DNA of 64,000 nucleotides from a virus (IMGVR_UViG_3300020036_004254); one strand, 5' to 3'; shown: positions 31,658-40,890, counted from the first letter of the stretch. Notes: generated by a model from the letters alone, not told the origin. Numbers and translations are program-made.

Positions 31658-32809
31658 ATGTTAACTATCAACCGAAGTAAATACAAATCGGTAAACCTAG
31701 CCCACCTAGAACGCTATCTTGGTGCAGACAAAGTTGCACAGGTAAGTGCAAACATGAAAGGGTGGTATGGACCTCCGATTACGGTAGCGGGTGTTCCCGG
31801 GGCTGTGCAAGTGGGTCGGGACGGGGATTTTTGTGGAAAACTTAATGTTGGTGGAGAAGCGTCCAAGTGGGATTATGCTCATGACATTCTTCAGCGGTTG
31901 GAGAGAAAATTCCGTCGTGCTAGTTACCGAGAAATGAAGAATTTTCGCCTTTTGACAGGATTTTCTTCTATCGGTGACCTACTTTCCGAGGCGAGTACCG
32001 GAAAAACACAAATGCGTACATTCCAAAAAGTTGGTTCAACTGGCGTTGTTAACGTAGCGTCTTCATTGTGGCGACAGGGCAACTTGCCTTCAGCGGGTGG
32101 CGTTGCGTCAGCCGCCCCGGGTGGTCGTGCGCCAACGGATGCTACAACAGGTGCTTTTGTGTTCAACAACGCCTCTGGTGCAGACACCCTGCACTTTGTC
32201 TCGGCCTTTATAACAGCAAGCGTTGCGGCAAATACGCTATTATTGTACGATAGAATTTTTGATGTGGCCAAGACGATGAACTCTACTACCGCAGAATCCG
32301 TTACGGGTGTTCCTACGCGATATCAGTCATCAACATCAACAGACCAAGACTATGCTGGCGGAAACTTCTGCTTCCCAGAAGTAGGTGGAACCGCGCTCGC
32401 CAACACCGCGCACAACTGGACAGTGTGTCAGTATCGAAATCAAGCGGGGACGGACGCACAATCATTTCCGTCGGCAACGGGTGTGGCACAGGCTATCGTG
32501 GACCGTTTGGACCTTCTACCCGGATATTGGTTCATGCCTCTCGCCGCTGGTGATACAGGAGTTATGGACCTCCATCAGATGCAATGTTCTGCGGCTGTAG
32601 CAACTGGTGTCATTAACTTTGTTATTGGACACCCTCTTGCGATTATTCCATGTCCAGTCGCCAACCTTGTCGCGCCAACAGACGGATTGCGCGGACCTTT
32701 CCAAGTCTCTAGAATTTTTGATGATGCGTGTTTGGCACTTCTGGAACTTCCAAAACCCGCCACCACAGCCACCACATATAGCGGTGTGATAAACTTAGTT
32801 TCCGGGTAA
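31658..32809 (+). CDS. Hypothetical, probably structural, beta-rich protein
   Basis: 383-aa ORF with GGAG RBS inside the late module; A/T/G-rich; no family confidently recognised. Confidence 0.55.
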   Translation: MLTINRSKYKSVNLAHLERYLGADKVAQVSANMKGWYGPPITVAGVPGAVQVGRDGDFCGKLNVGGEASKWDYAHDILQRLERKFRRASYREMKNFRLLTGFSSIGDLLSEASTGKTQMRTFQKVGSTGVVNVASSLWRQGNLPSAGGVASAAPGGRAPTDATTGAFVFNNASGADTLHFVSAFITASVAANTLLLYDRIFDVAKTMNSTTAESVTGVPTRYQSSTSTDQDYAGGNFCFPEVGGTALANTAHNWTVCQYRNQAGTDAQSFPSATGVAQAIVDRLDLLPGYWFMPLAAGDTGVMDLHQMQCSAAVATGVINFVIGHPLAIIPCPVANLVAPTDGLRGPFQVSRIFDDACLALLELPKPATTATTYSGVINLVSG

Positions 32810-32814
32810 TATAG

Positions 32815-34893
32815 ATGTTTTTTGATGGTGGGTTTTTTTTCGACGGTAACGGAACAACCCCCCTTGATTATGAGGGGTTGTTGCCGTTAGAAGACGCGAT
32901 ATCACCTTCTCCGTCCCCAACCCCGACCGTCACCCCAACAATAACTCCATCGATAACCCCCTCTTCAAGTGAAGGGGGGGCACCGTCTGTTACCCCTAGC
33001 GTTACCCCATCAGTAACGAGTACCCCATCCGTTACACCTTCTGTTACTCCAAGTGTTACGCCATCGGTTACTCCGTCGGTCACACGCACCCCCAGTGTTA
33101 CTCCATCGGTGACACCGAGTATTACACCGAGTATTACAGCAACACCGTCGGTCACACCGTCTGTAACTCCGTCGGTGACACCGAGTATTACAGCAACACC
33201 GTCAGTCACCCCTTCTGTAACGCCGTCGGTCACACCGAGTATCACAGCAACACCGTCGGTTACACCTTCTGTTACTCCGTCGGTCACACCAAGTATTACG
33301 GCAACCCCGTCTGTTACTCCGTCAGTAACACCGTCGGTCACACCGAGTGTCACCCCTTCTCAAAGTGTTGCGGCTGAACCATCGGTCACGCCTTCTGTTA
33401 CGCCAAGTGTCACATCAACCCCTTCTGTAACACCGTCGGTCACTTCAAGTGTATCCGTAACGCCGAGTGTTACACCAAGCATTACCCCATCGATTACCCC
33501 GTCGGTCACTAGTACGTCAAGTGTCACCCCATCTGTAACACCAAGTATTACTTCAACACCGAGTGTCACCCCATCTGTGACACCATCGGTCACCCCGAGT
33601 GTCACAGCAACACCGTCTGTCACACCGTCGGTAACCCCGTCTATTACACCAAGTGTTACCAGAACACCGAGCGTTACACCAAGTGTCACACCGAGTATTA
33701 CGTCGAGTGTCACCCCAACGGCATCAATCACCCCAAGCATTACCCCATCGATTACCCCGTCGGTCACTCGTACACCGAGTGTCACCCCATCGGTGACACC
33801 ATCGGTAACTCCTAGCATTACGGTAACATCAAGCGTTACACCAAGTGTCACACCAAGTATTACACTTTCAACATCATCGACCCCATCAGTAACCCCGTCG
33901 ATAACACCAAGCATCACCAGAACCCCAAGTGTCACGCCAAGTATTACATCAAGCGTGACACCAACGGCATCAGTCACCCCATCTGTCACCCCGAGTATCA
34001 CTCCGTCCGTTACTCGCACACCGAGTGTCACCCCAAGTATCACTTCATCGGTTACCCCGTCGATAACACGGACCCCGTCTGTTACAGCGTCGGTCACGCC
34101 TTCAATCACAGCCAGTGTCACCCCAAGCGTCACCCCGTCCGTTACCCGCACCCCGTCTGTTACGGCGTCGGTCACCCCAAGCGTTACCCCAAGCGTTACC
34201 CCATCGATTACCCCGTCTGTCACTCGCACCCCGAGTGTCACCCCAAGCATCACAACGAGCGTCACCCCATCAATTTCTTCGACGGCGTCGGTCACCCCAA
34301 CACCGTCGGTCACCCCATCGATAACCCCATCGGTTACCCCAAGTATCACAGTTTCGGTCACCCCATCAATCTCTTCGACTGCATCGGTAACACCGAGTAT
34401 CACCCCTTCAATAACAGCTTCAGTTACCCCGTCGGTGACTGCGAGTGTCACCCCGTCAGTTTCCGTCACACCAACGCCAACCGCGTCGGTGACCCCAAGT
34501 ATTACCCCAACCGTTACCGCCACACCGAGTATTACCCCCTCAATAACATTAAGTGTTACACCAAGTGAAACACCTTCTGTTTCGGCAACACCGTCTGTCT
34601 CAACAACCCCTTCAGTCACCCCGTCTGTTACCCCAACCGTTACCCCAAGTATCACCCCAACGGTTACTCCGTCTGTCACGCTCACCCCATCGATTACCCC
34701 GTCTACATCAAGTTTTTCTGAACCACAGTTTGTCCCGGTCAAACTAGAAGAATTGTTGAATGTCGATGCATTGACCCATGGGTTAGACGATGATTTTTCT
34801 CTTGTATATGACGAGGAAACACAAACATGGAAAACCAAGAGTATTCGGGATATTCGAATTCAAACTCTAAATGTCGATGGCGGCAGTTTTTAA
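32815..34893 (+). CDS. Mucin-like protein: ~600 aa of (TPSV/TPSI)n with a short C-terminal putative anchoring domain
   Basis: Translation is almost entirely S/T/P/V/I. The C-terminal ~55 aa are paralogous to ORF 31158 and end DGGSF. Confidence 0.8.
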   Translation: MFFDGGFFFDGNGTTPLDYEGLLPLEDAISPSPSPTPTVTPTITPSITPSSSEGGAPSVTPSVTPSVTSTPSVTPSVTPSVTPSVTPSVTRTPSVTPSVTPSITPSITATPSVTPSVTPSVTPSITATPSVTPSVTPSVTPSITATPSVTPSVTPSVTPSITATPSVTPSVTPSVTPSVTPSQSVAAEPSVTPSVTPSVTSTPSVTPSVTSSVSVTPSVTPSITPSITPSVTSTSSVTPSVTPSITSTPSVTPSVTPSVTPSVTATPSVTPSVTPSITPSVTRTPSVTPSVTPSITSSVTPTASITPSITPSITPSVTRTPSVTPSVTPSVTPSITVTSSVTPSVTPSITLSTSSTPSVTPSITPSITRTPSVTPSITSSVTPTASVTPSVTPSITPSVTRTPSVTPSITSSVTPSITRTPSVTASVTPSITASVTPSVTPSVTRTPSVTASVTPSVTPSVTPSITPSVTRTPSVTPSITTSVTPSISSTASVTPTPSVTPSITPSVTPSITVSVTPSISSTASVTPSITPSITASVTPSVTASVTPSVSVTPTPTASVTPSITPTVTATPSITPSITLSVTPSETPSVSATPSVSTTPSVTPSVTPTVTPSITPTVTPSVTLTPSITPSTSSFSEPQFVPVKLEELLNVDALTHGLDDDFSLVYDEETQTWKTKSIRDIRIQTLNVDGGSF
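32901..34710 (+). repeat. Longest coding TPSV repeat tract (~1.8 kb)
   Basis: Degenerate 12-nt period with highly varied synonymous codons. Confidence 0.95.
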
Positions 34894-34910
34894 CATTATA
34901 GGAGAAACAT

Positions 34911-35033
34911 ATGTTTTTAGTGTACATCGGAGGGGTATGGGTTTCTAAACCCATCAAAGTTTTTATCAATGGGGTGTGGGTCCAAAAGCCCTTAAAGCGA
35001 TTTGTCGGCGGCGTTTGGACGCTTTCGTCATAA
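34911..35033 (+). CDS. Unannotated 40-aa protein with three (Y/F)xxGVW repeats
   Basis: Read by hand as MFLVYIGGVWVSKPIKVFINGVWVQKPLKRFVGGVWTLSS. Strong RBS (AGGAG) and it fills the gap before gp13. Confidence 0.7.
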   Translation: MFLVYIGGVWVSKPIKVFINGVWVQKPLKRFVGGVWTLSS

Positions 35034-35036
35034 ATA
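35029..35036 (+). promoter_or_regulatory. Late promoter variant CATAAATA
   Basis: Upstream of gp13, overlapping the stop of the 40-aa ORF. Confidence 0.6.
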
Positions 35037-35063
35037 CAGCATAACCATTTACAGGATATCAAC

Positions 35064-36056
35064 ATGCCAGCCTTACCAAGTGTAACCCCCACGCCTGTTC
35101 ACATGTCTACCCGCCAGCAATTAAAGGATTATTGCTTGCGCCGTTTGGGTGCGCCTGTCATTGAAATCAACGTAGACGACGACCAAGTGGAAGACCGTAT
35201 TCAAGACGCGATTGAGTTGTTCCAAGAATACCATTTTGATGGAACAGAACGCATGTATTTGAAATGCTTGATTGAAGCATCTACATTGGAGTTTACCACA
35301 CCGGATGCCAATCTCTTTATTAATGGAGAAATCATTACAGGGGCAACGTCAGGGGCAACGGCCAAGGTCTATGATGTGCCTTCGTCTACAACGATTCGCC
35401 TGAAACAGACACAGGGGACGTTTGAAGCAGGGGAGACGATTTCTGGTGGAACCAGTGGGGCCACGGTAACCGCCAGCGTCTTCACCCTCAAGAACTGGGA
35501 CCAGCAATATTTGGAGATTGCCGACGCCGTGTTGGGTGTCAACCGCATCTTTATTTTGGGTCCGGGCACGGCAGGAATGAACACCCGTAACATCTTCGAT
35601 GTGGTGTATCAGTTTCGCTTGAATGACATGTACGATTTGATGTCCACCGACCTGATTTATTACGCGCAGGTCAAACAGCATTTGTCGTTGTTGGATATGA
35701 TGTTGCCGGGAGAACGGTCTATTCGTTTCAACCGTAAGTTGGACCGTTTGTACATCGATGTGAACTGGCCAGAAATTCTCACCCCGGATACTTACATTAT
35801 AGCAGAATGCTATAGATTGGTGGACCCAGAAGAGTTCACCAAGGTCTATAATGATTTGTTCATCAAGCGATACGCCACCGCGTTGATTAAGCGGCAGTGG
35901 GGAAATAACATGAAGAAGTTTCAAGGGATTGAACTCCCGGGTGGAGTAAAGTTAAACGGGAAGGAAATCTATGACGAAGCGGTAGAAGAAATTGCGAAGA
36001 TTGAACAGGAAATGCAAGAACGATACGAATTACATCCATTTTTCGAGGTGGGGTAG
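35064..36056 (+). CDS. gp13: Neck protein gp13
   Basis: 'R..LKDYCLRRLG.PVIEINVD.DQ.EDRI..A...F.EYH.DG' and 'K.YATALIKRQWG.N..KF.G..LPGG..LNG'. Confidence 0.95.
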   Translation: MPALPSVTPTPVHMSTRQQLKDYCLRRLGAPVIEINVDDDQVEDRIQDAIELFQEYHFDGTERMYLKCLIEASTLEFTTPDANLFINGEIITGATSGATAKVYDVPSSTTIRLKQTQGTFEAGETISGGTSGATVTASVFTLKNWDQQYLEIADAVLGVNRIFILGPGTAGMNTRNIFDVVYQFRLNDMYDLMSTDLIYYAQVKQHLSLLDMMLPGERSIRFNRKLDRLYIDVNWPEILTPDTYIIAECYRLVDPEEFTKVYNDLFIKRYATALIKRQWGNNMKKFQGIELPGGVKLNGKEIYDEAVEEIAKIEQEMQERYELHPFFEVG

Positions 36057-36060
36057 AGAA

Positions 36061-36663
36061 ATGTTTTTTTTCACCTATAAGACCACCAATTTAGTCAACG
36101 GCAAGTACTACTTCGGACGCCATTCTTCTGTGAGTTTAGAGGATGGGTATCTGGGGTCTGGAATAGCCCTAAAAAATGCGGTTAAAAAATATGGGGTAGA
36201 AAACTTTCAACGTGAAATTCTCGCATTTTATCCCACAAAAGAATCTCTTGTAGAAGCGGAAAAAGAACTCATTAAAGAAGAAGTTGTAAATGATAAGATG
36301 TCATACAACATGAAAATTGGTGGCTGGGGTGGAAGTTCTTCAGAGGAATGGACTCAAGAAAGGAGAAATAATCATTCTATGCTTGCAAAAGAAAGAATGA
36401 AAAGTGCTGAGCTGAGAAAAGGTGTATCAGAACGGGCTAAAAAAATGTGGCAAGATGGTAAAGGCATAACTCCACCAAACGTGAGTGGAATAAAACGTTC
36501 TGATGAAACAAAAGGAAAAATAAGTAAGTCTCACAAAGGGATGAAAAAGAAGTGGGTCACGAATACCTCTAAAAAGGGAACAAAACATTCAGAAGAAACG
36601 CGAAGAAAAATGTCAGAATCTCGCAAAAGGTTTTTAGAAAGAAAGGATTTGAATGTCTACTAA
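36061..36663 (+). mobile_element. Free-standing GIY-YIG homing endonuclease (Seg-like) with NUMOD3-type repeats
   Basis: 'YKTTNLVNGKYY.G.H...DGYLGSG..L..A.KKYG.ENF.REIL', 'YN...GG.GG' and 'G.K(R/H)S(D/E)ET..K.S' x2. Visibly more A-rich than its flanks and overlaps the gp14 start. Confidence 0.9.
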
Positions 36664-37387
36664 TTTTTATTTTCAATCTGGTACCAACATTGGGACCACC
36701 AACGAACAGCGGTTGGTGGAAGATTTGATTATTGAAGCCATTCAGATTAAGGGTCACGATATCTATTACATGCCAAGAACGTCGGTCACCCCGGACCACA
36801 TATTGGGCGAAGACATCATGAGTCGCTTTACCCAAGTCTATCCGATTGAAATGTATCTGAACAACGTTCAGGGGTGGGAAGGGGATGGGGAGTTGATGTC
36901 AAAGTTTGGTATTCAGGTAACAGACCAAGCAACGTTCGTGGTGTCGAAAAGACGATGGGAAGATGCGATTGCGTCTCAGACGGATGATTTACAACTTCCG
37001 CTTCGCCCTGCTGAAGGGGATTTGTTGTACTTTCCAAAGACCAAAGCCTTTTTTGAAATCAAGTTTGTCAACCACTTGGACCCGTTTTTCCAACTGGGAA
37101 AGTTTTACGTGTATTCTCTTCAGTGTGAGTTGTACCAGTATAGTTCAGAAACTATCAACACCGGAAATGAAGAGATTGATGAGCGAGCGGCAGAGAAAAC
37201 ACAGGATATATTCGACTTCCGATTTCTTACACAGACAGGCGGCGTATTGTTGACACAAAGCGGAACGCCTCTGATTTTGGCGTCAAGTTCACAGGTTGAA
37301 GACTCGTTTGACGATACAACACCGTTCCAGACCGAAGCAGAGGATGTTGTTGATTTTGACGTAATAGACCCGTTTGGGGAGTTTTAA
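36653..37387 (+). CDS. gp14: Neck protein gp14
   Basis: 'EQ.L.EDL.IE.I...G.D.YY.PR', 'SKFG....D', 'RP.EGDL.YFP....FEIKFV....PF.QLGK' and terminal 'PFGE'. Confidence 0.95.
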   Translation: MSTNFYFQSGTNIGTTNEQRLVEDLIIEAIQIKGHDIYYMPRTSVTPDHILGEDIMSRFTQVYPIEMYLNNVQGWEGDGELMSKFGIQVTDQATFVVSKRRWEDAIASQTDDLQLPLRPAEGDLLYFPKTKAFFEIKFVNHLDPFFQLGKFYVYSLQCELYQYSSETINTGNEEIDERAAEKTQDIFDFRFLTQTGGVLLTQSGTPLILASSSQVEDSFDDTTPFQTEAEDVVDFDVIDPFGEF

Positions 37388-37389
37388 CC

Positions 37390-38193
37390 ATGTTTAAGCA
37401 CAAGCACTTCTATCATCAGCACATTAGAAAAGCGATTATTGCATTTGGCACGTTGTTCAACGGTATTTACGTAGACCGTAGTGACGAAACAGATACACTC
37501 ACCAAACGTATCAAAGTTCCGTTGTCATATGTGCCAAAACAGAAATTCATTGCGCGTATTGGCGCGGCTCCGGATTTGGAAGGTGGTCGTACTGCGTTTG
37601 AAGTGGTCTTGCCACGTATTGGGTTTGAGATTAAGGGTCTTGAATATGATAGTAAACGGAAACTTGCTATCACACAAAAAGTTAAATCGGTCCAGACTGA
37701 CGGAAGTTTAAAACACGCATTTACGTCAACCCCATACAATCTCAAAATTGATATGAGCGTGTACGCCAAAAATCAGGACGATGGGTTGCAAATCCTCGAA
37801 CAAATTCTCCCCCATTTCAATCCAGACTTTAACGTCTCTGTGAATGAAATCCCCTCCCTTGGGGTGTCCAGAGATTTGCAGTTTGTGTTGGACGGAATAG
37901 AACTCGAAAACGAGTATGAAAGCGATTTCAAAGAACGAGTCAAGGTGATTTACAATCTTCACTTCACAATTAAAATCAACTTCTTTGGATTTGTTGATGA
38001 CGCAAGCATCATTAAGAGAACAATCATCAACATTTTGACCGATTCTGAGTTGGTCAATGGTGTCGTTCCGACTGGAACGCTCAACGGTGAACGAATCACC
38101 ACAACCACAGACCCCTATGGGGCAGACCCAACATCTGATTATACCTATGTGGTAGAATTTGATAACATTTACTTTGGTGAACCGGAAGTATAA
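37390..38193 (+). CDS. gp15: Tail sheath stabiliser/completion protein gp15
   Basis: 'FYH..IRK.I.AFGTLFN', 'KVPL.Y.PKQKF', 'LPR..FE....YD..RK' and 'QILEQILP.F.P'. Confidence 0.95.
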   Translation: MFKHKHFYHQHIRKAIIAFGTLFNGIYVDRSDETDTLTKRIKVPLSYVPKQKFIARIGAAPDLEGGRTAFEVVLPRIGFEIKGLEYDSKRKLAITQKVKSVQTDGSLKHAFTSTPYNLKIDMSVYAKNQDDGLQILEQILPHFNPDFNVSVNEIPSLGVSRDLQFVLDGIELENEYESDFKERVKVIYNLHFTIKINFFGFVDDASIIKRTIINILTDSELVNGVVPTGTLNGERITTTTDPYGADPTSDYTYVVEFDNIYFGEPEV

Positions 38194-40449
38194 ATGAAAA
38201 GACCAAATCGTTCTTCCACTCTTGTATCGACAGGAAGTCCAAAGACTATATTCCCAAAAATAAACGTCTCCGACATTTTCGTTGACGGTGAATGGTATTT
38301 GTACCCATCGGCAACCCCAAGTCCCACCCCGTCAACTACTGTGTCAGTGTCGGTGTCAGGAACACCAACGCCTACAACAACCCCTTCAATGACGAGAGGG
38401 GCATCACCATCGGTTACCCCGTCAGCCACCCCTTCTATTTCTGTTTCTACAACACCGACTCCAACCGCCTCGGTGTCGTTGACTCCATCACGAACCCCGT
38501 CAGTGACTCCGTCGCGTTCAGCGTCCCCGTCTCCATCCGTGACCCCGTCGATTACACCTTCAATTACGCGAACCGCGAGTGTGACACCATCGGTGACGCC
38601 TTCTATCACGGTTTCTACGTCTGTCACCCCGTCGGTTACGCCTTCGATTACGCGAACCGCTTCTGTCACGCCGTCAATTACTATTACCCCATCGATTACA
38701 CCGTCTGCCACACGAACCCCATCCGTAACACCAACCGCGACACCAACTCCGACACAAAATGCGTCGGTTTCAGTGACGCCGTCCGTAACGCCTTCGATTA
38801 CGGTTTCTACGTCTGTCACCCCGTCCGTAACCCCGTCGATTACGGTTTCTACGTCTGTCACCCCGTCGGTGACGCCTTCGATTACGGTTTCAAGAACGCC
38901 TTCCGTCACACGCACCCCCTCAATCACACCAAGTGTTACACGGTCGGTGACCCCGTCGGTGACTCCGTCCATCACAAGAACACCATCGGTCACACCATCG
39001 GTCACACCATCAATAACGGTATCTCGGTCGGCAACACCATCCGTGACGCCATCCGTTACCGCTTCCGTGACGCCATCGATAACGGTTAGCCCGTCGGTCA
39101 CGCCGTCAATCACCCCATCGATAACGGTTAGCCCGTCGGTCACACCGTCGGTCACGCCATCAATAACGGTTTCGAGAACACCATCGGTGACCCCATCCAT
39201 CACCCGTTCGGTGTCAGTAACACCAACTCCGTCGATAACACGTACTCCGTCTGTTACTCCATCCATCACACCGTCTATCACTCGCAGTGTATCAGTCACG
39301 CCGTCAGTGACCCGCACCCCAAGTGTTACTCCAACCGTTACACCAACAGCAACCATCACAACTATTTGTTACGTGACCGGAATGGTGTTGACTGGTCCGG
39401 GTCAAGTATCATGGGATGCCGCCTGTGCATTAAGTAGTACAGGAGATACGACCGTTTATACAGATGGGGTATTGTTTTATAGTGACTTCCCATGTAGTGG
39501 TGGGTTAGTGCTAGACGGATATTACAAGACGGTTGATAACGGGTGGGTATATTACATTAACGGTGTATATACTGATAACAATACCTGCGGTGTCGCACCA
39601 TCCCCATCACCCACCGCTACACCATCAATCACCGCCACTCCATCGGTGACTCCATCCATCACCCCAACCCCGTCGGTGACACCATCGGTGACCCCGTCGG
39701 TGACACCATCGGTGACCCGTACCGCGTCGGTGACCCCGTCTGTGTCACAGACACCTAGCGTTACGCCAAGCATCACCCCTTCTATTACCCGCACACCATC
39801 GGTAACCCCGTCGGTAACCCCGTCGGTAACCCCGTCGGTAACCCCAACCGTTACACGTACATCAAGTGTGACTCCATCGGTAACCCCGTCGGTAACCCCG
39901 AGTATTACGAGAACACCGAGCGTCACACCAAGTATTACCCCTTCAACAACCAGAACTCCTTCTGTGACACCAAGTAGAACACCTTCTGTCACACGTACTC
40001 CATCGATAACCCCAACGGTCACCCCAACGGCCACCATCACCACTATTTGTTATGTGACTGGTGCATCTTTGACTGGACCGGGACAAGCATCATCGGCACT
40101 CGCGTGTGCATTGAGCGACACGCTGGATATTGAAGTATATACCGATGGGGTGTTGTTCTACAGCGACTTCCCGTGTAGTGGTGGGTTGGCTCTAAATGGA
40201 TACTACAAGACGGACGCCAATAGTTGGGAGCGATATGTGTCTGGTGAACTTATAAGTACTGGTAGTTGCGTGATTCCGCCGTCACCGTCCGTCACCCCAA
40301 CAGTGACCCCAAGCGCATCAGCAGGGTGTCCTGATTTTGGGACAAATATTTGTCAGGGTATTGACTTGTACATTGCTGATGGTGCCTGTGGCTGGTCGCA
40401 AATCTGTCTGAACAACACCGCGTGTGGCGGTACTACAGAATGTTCTTAA
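38194..40449 (+). CDS. Mucin-like protein D: related N-motif, two TPSV stalks, two copies of the gp7 Cys-rich module
   Basis: N-terminus 'MKRPNRSS...SDIFVDGEWY'; two 'ITTICYVTG...GPGQ...AC...[10 protein letters not shown]' modules; same terminal '[25 protein letters not shown]' as gp7. Confidence 0.75.
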   Translation: MKRPNRSSTLVSTGSPKTIFPKINVSDIFVDGEWYLYPSATPSPTPSTTVSVSVSGTPTPTTTPSMTRGASPSVTPSATPSISVSTTPTPTASVSLTPSRTPSVTPSRSASPSPSVTPSITPSITRTASVTPSVTPSITVSTSVTPSVTPSITRTASVTPSITITPSITPSATRTPSVTPTATPTPTQNASVSVTPSVTPSITVSTSVTPSVTPSITVSTSVTPSVTPSITVSRTPSVTRTPSITPSVTRSVTPSVTPSITRTPSVTPSVTPSITVSRSATPSVTPSVTASVTPSITVSPSVTPSITPSITVSPSVTPSVTPSITVSRTPSVTPSITRSVSVTPTPSITRTPSVTPSITPSITRSVSVTPSVTRTPSVTPTVTPTATITTICYVTGMVLTGPGQVSWDAACALSSTGDTTVYTDGVLFYSDFPCSGGLVLDGYYKTVDNGWVYYINGVYTDNNTCGVAPSPSPTATPSITATPSVTPSITPTPSVTPSVTPSVTPSVTRTASVTPSVSQTPSVTPSITPSITRTPSVTPSVTPSVTPSVTPTVTRTSSVTPSVTPSVTPSITRTPSVTPSITPSTTRTPSVTPSRTPSVTRTPSITPTVTPTATITTICYVTGASLTGPGQASSALACALSDTLDIEVYTDGVLFYSDFPCSGGLALNGYYKTDANSWERYVSGELISTGSCVIPPSPSVTPTVTPSASAGCPDFGTNICQGIDLYIADGACGWSQICLNNTACGGTTECS
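39799..39845 (+). repeat. 12-bp perfect tandem repeat (tcggtaaccccg) x~4
   Basis: Directly visible; encodes SVTP x4. Confidence 0.9.
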
Positions 40450-40464
40450 TCAAAGGAATGAAAT

Positions 40465-40890
40465 ATGTTTGAAAGTCTAGATGAAAAGTTTGGTGTAGGC
40501 CCAACCATACTACCAACAAAAAGTGAATCTGAAGACGAACTACCCCCAGAAGTCTTGAGCGACGAAGAAGTTGCACGACGGGCATTGCGGGACATGATTG
40601 TAAAGGGTCGAGAGGGTGTAGAAACCGCTCTCAACTTGGCCAAGGGGTCTGAGTCCGGAAAGGCATATGAAGCATTGGCACAGATGATTAAAGTTGTTTC
40701 TGATTCTTCCAAGGATTTGCTCATCATTCAGAAAATCAAAAAAGATATTGGAAAGAAAGAAGCCCCGGCTGGCCCCAAGACACAAAACAACCTGTTTGTT
40801 GGTTCTACTGCCGAGTTGATGAAAGCTCTTCGAAAGTCGTCGTTAGAACTTTTACCTGAAAATGAAATCCAACCTGCAAATGATAACTGA
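40465..40890 (+). CDS. gp16: Terminase small subunit gp16
   Basis: 'R..L...I.KG......A...A..SE...AYE...Q.IK......L' and 'NNLFVGSTAEL.K'; upstream of gp17. Confidence 0.9.
   Translation: MFESLDEKFGVGPTILPTKSESEDELPPEVLSDEEVARRALRDMIVKGREGVETALNLAKGSESGKAYEALAQMIKVVSDSSKDLLIIQKIKKDIGKKEAPAGPKTQNNLFVGSTAELMKALRKSSLELLPENEIQPANDN

Noticed and set aside
32901-34710. Repeat tracts as a CRISPR array or non-coding satellite
   Set aside because: No constant repeat with unique spacers. Variation is largely synonymous and in frame, so these are coding repeats.
36056-36663. Group I intron around the homing endonuclease
   Set aside because: gp13 and gp14 are both intact and abut the ORF, leaving no room for intron core sequence.
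6119-40043. Long minus-strand ORFs rich in GVTDGV (e.g. 6119-6820, 7383-7949, 33360-34838, 38169-39359)
   Set aside because: Antisense shadows of the TPSV repeats; they coincide with the repeat tracts and have no expression signals of their own that I could see.
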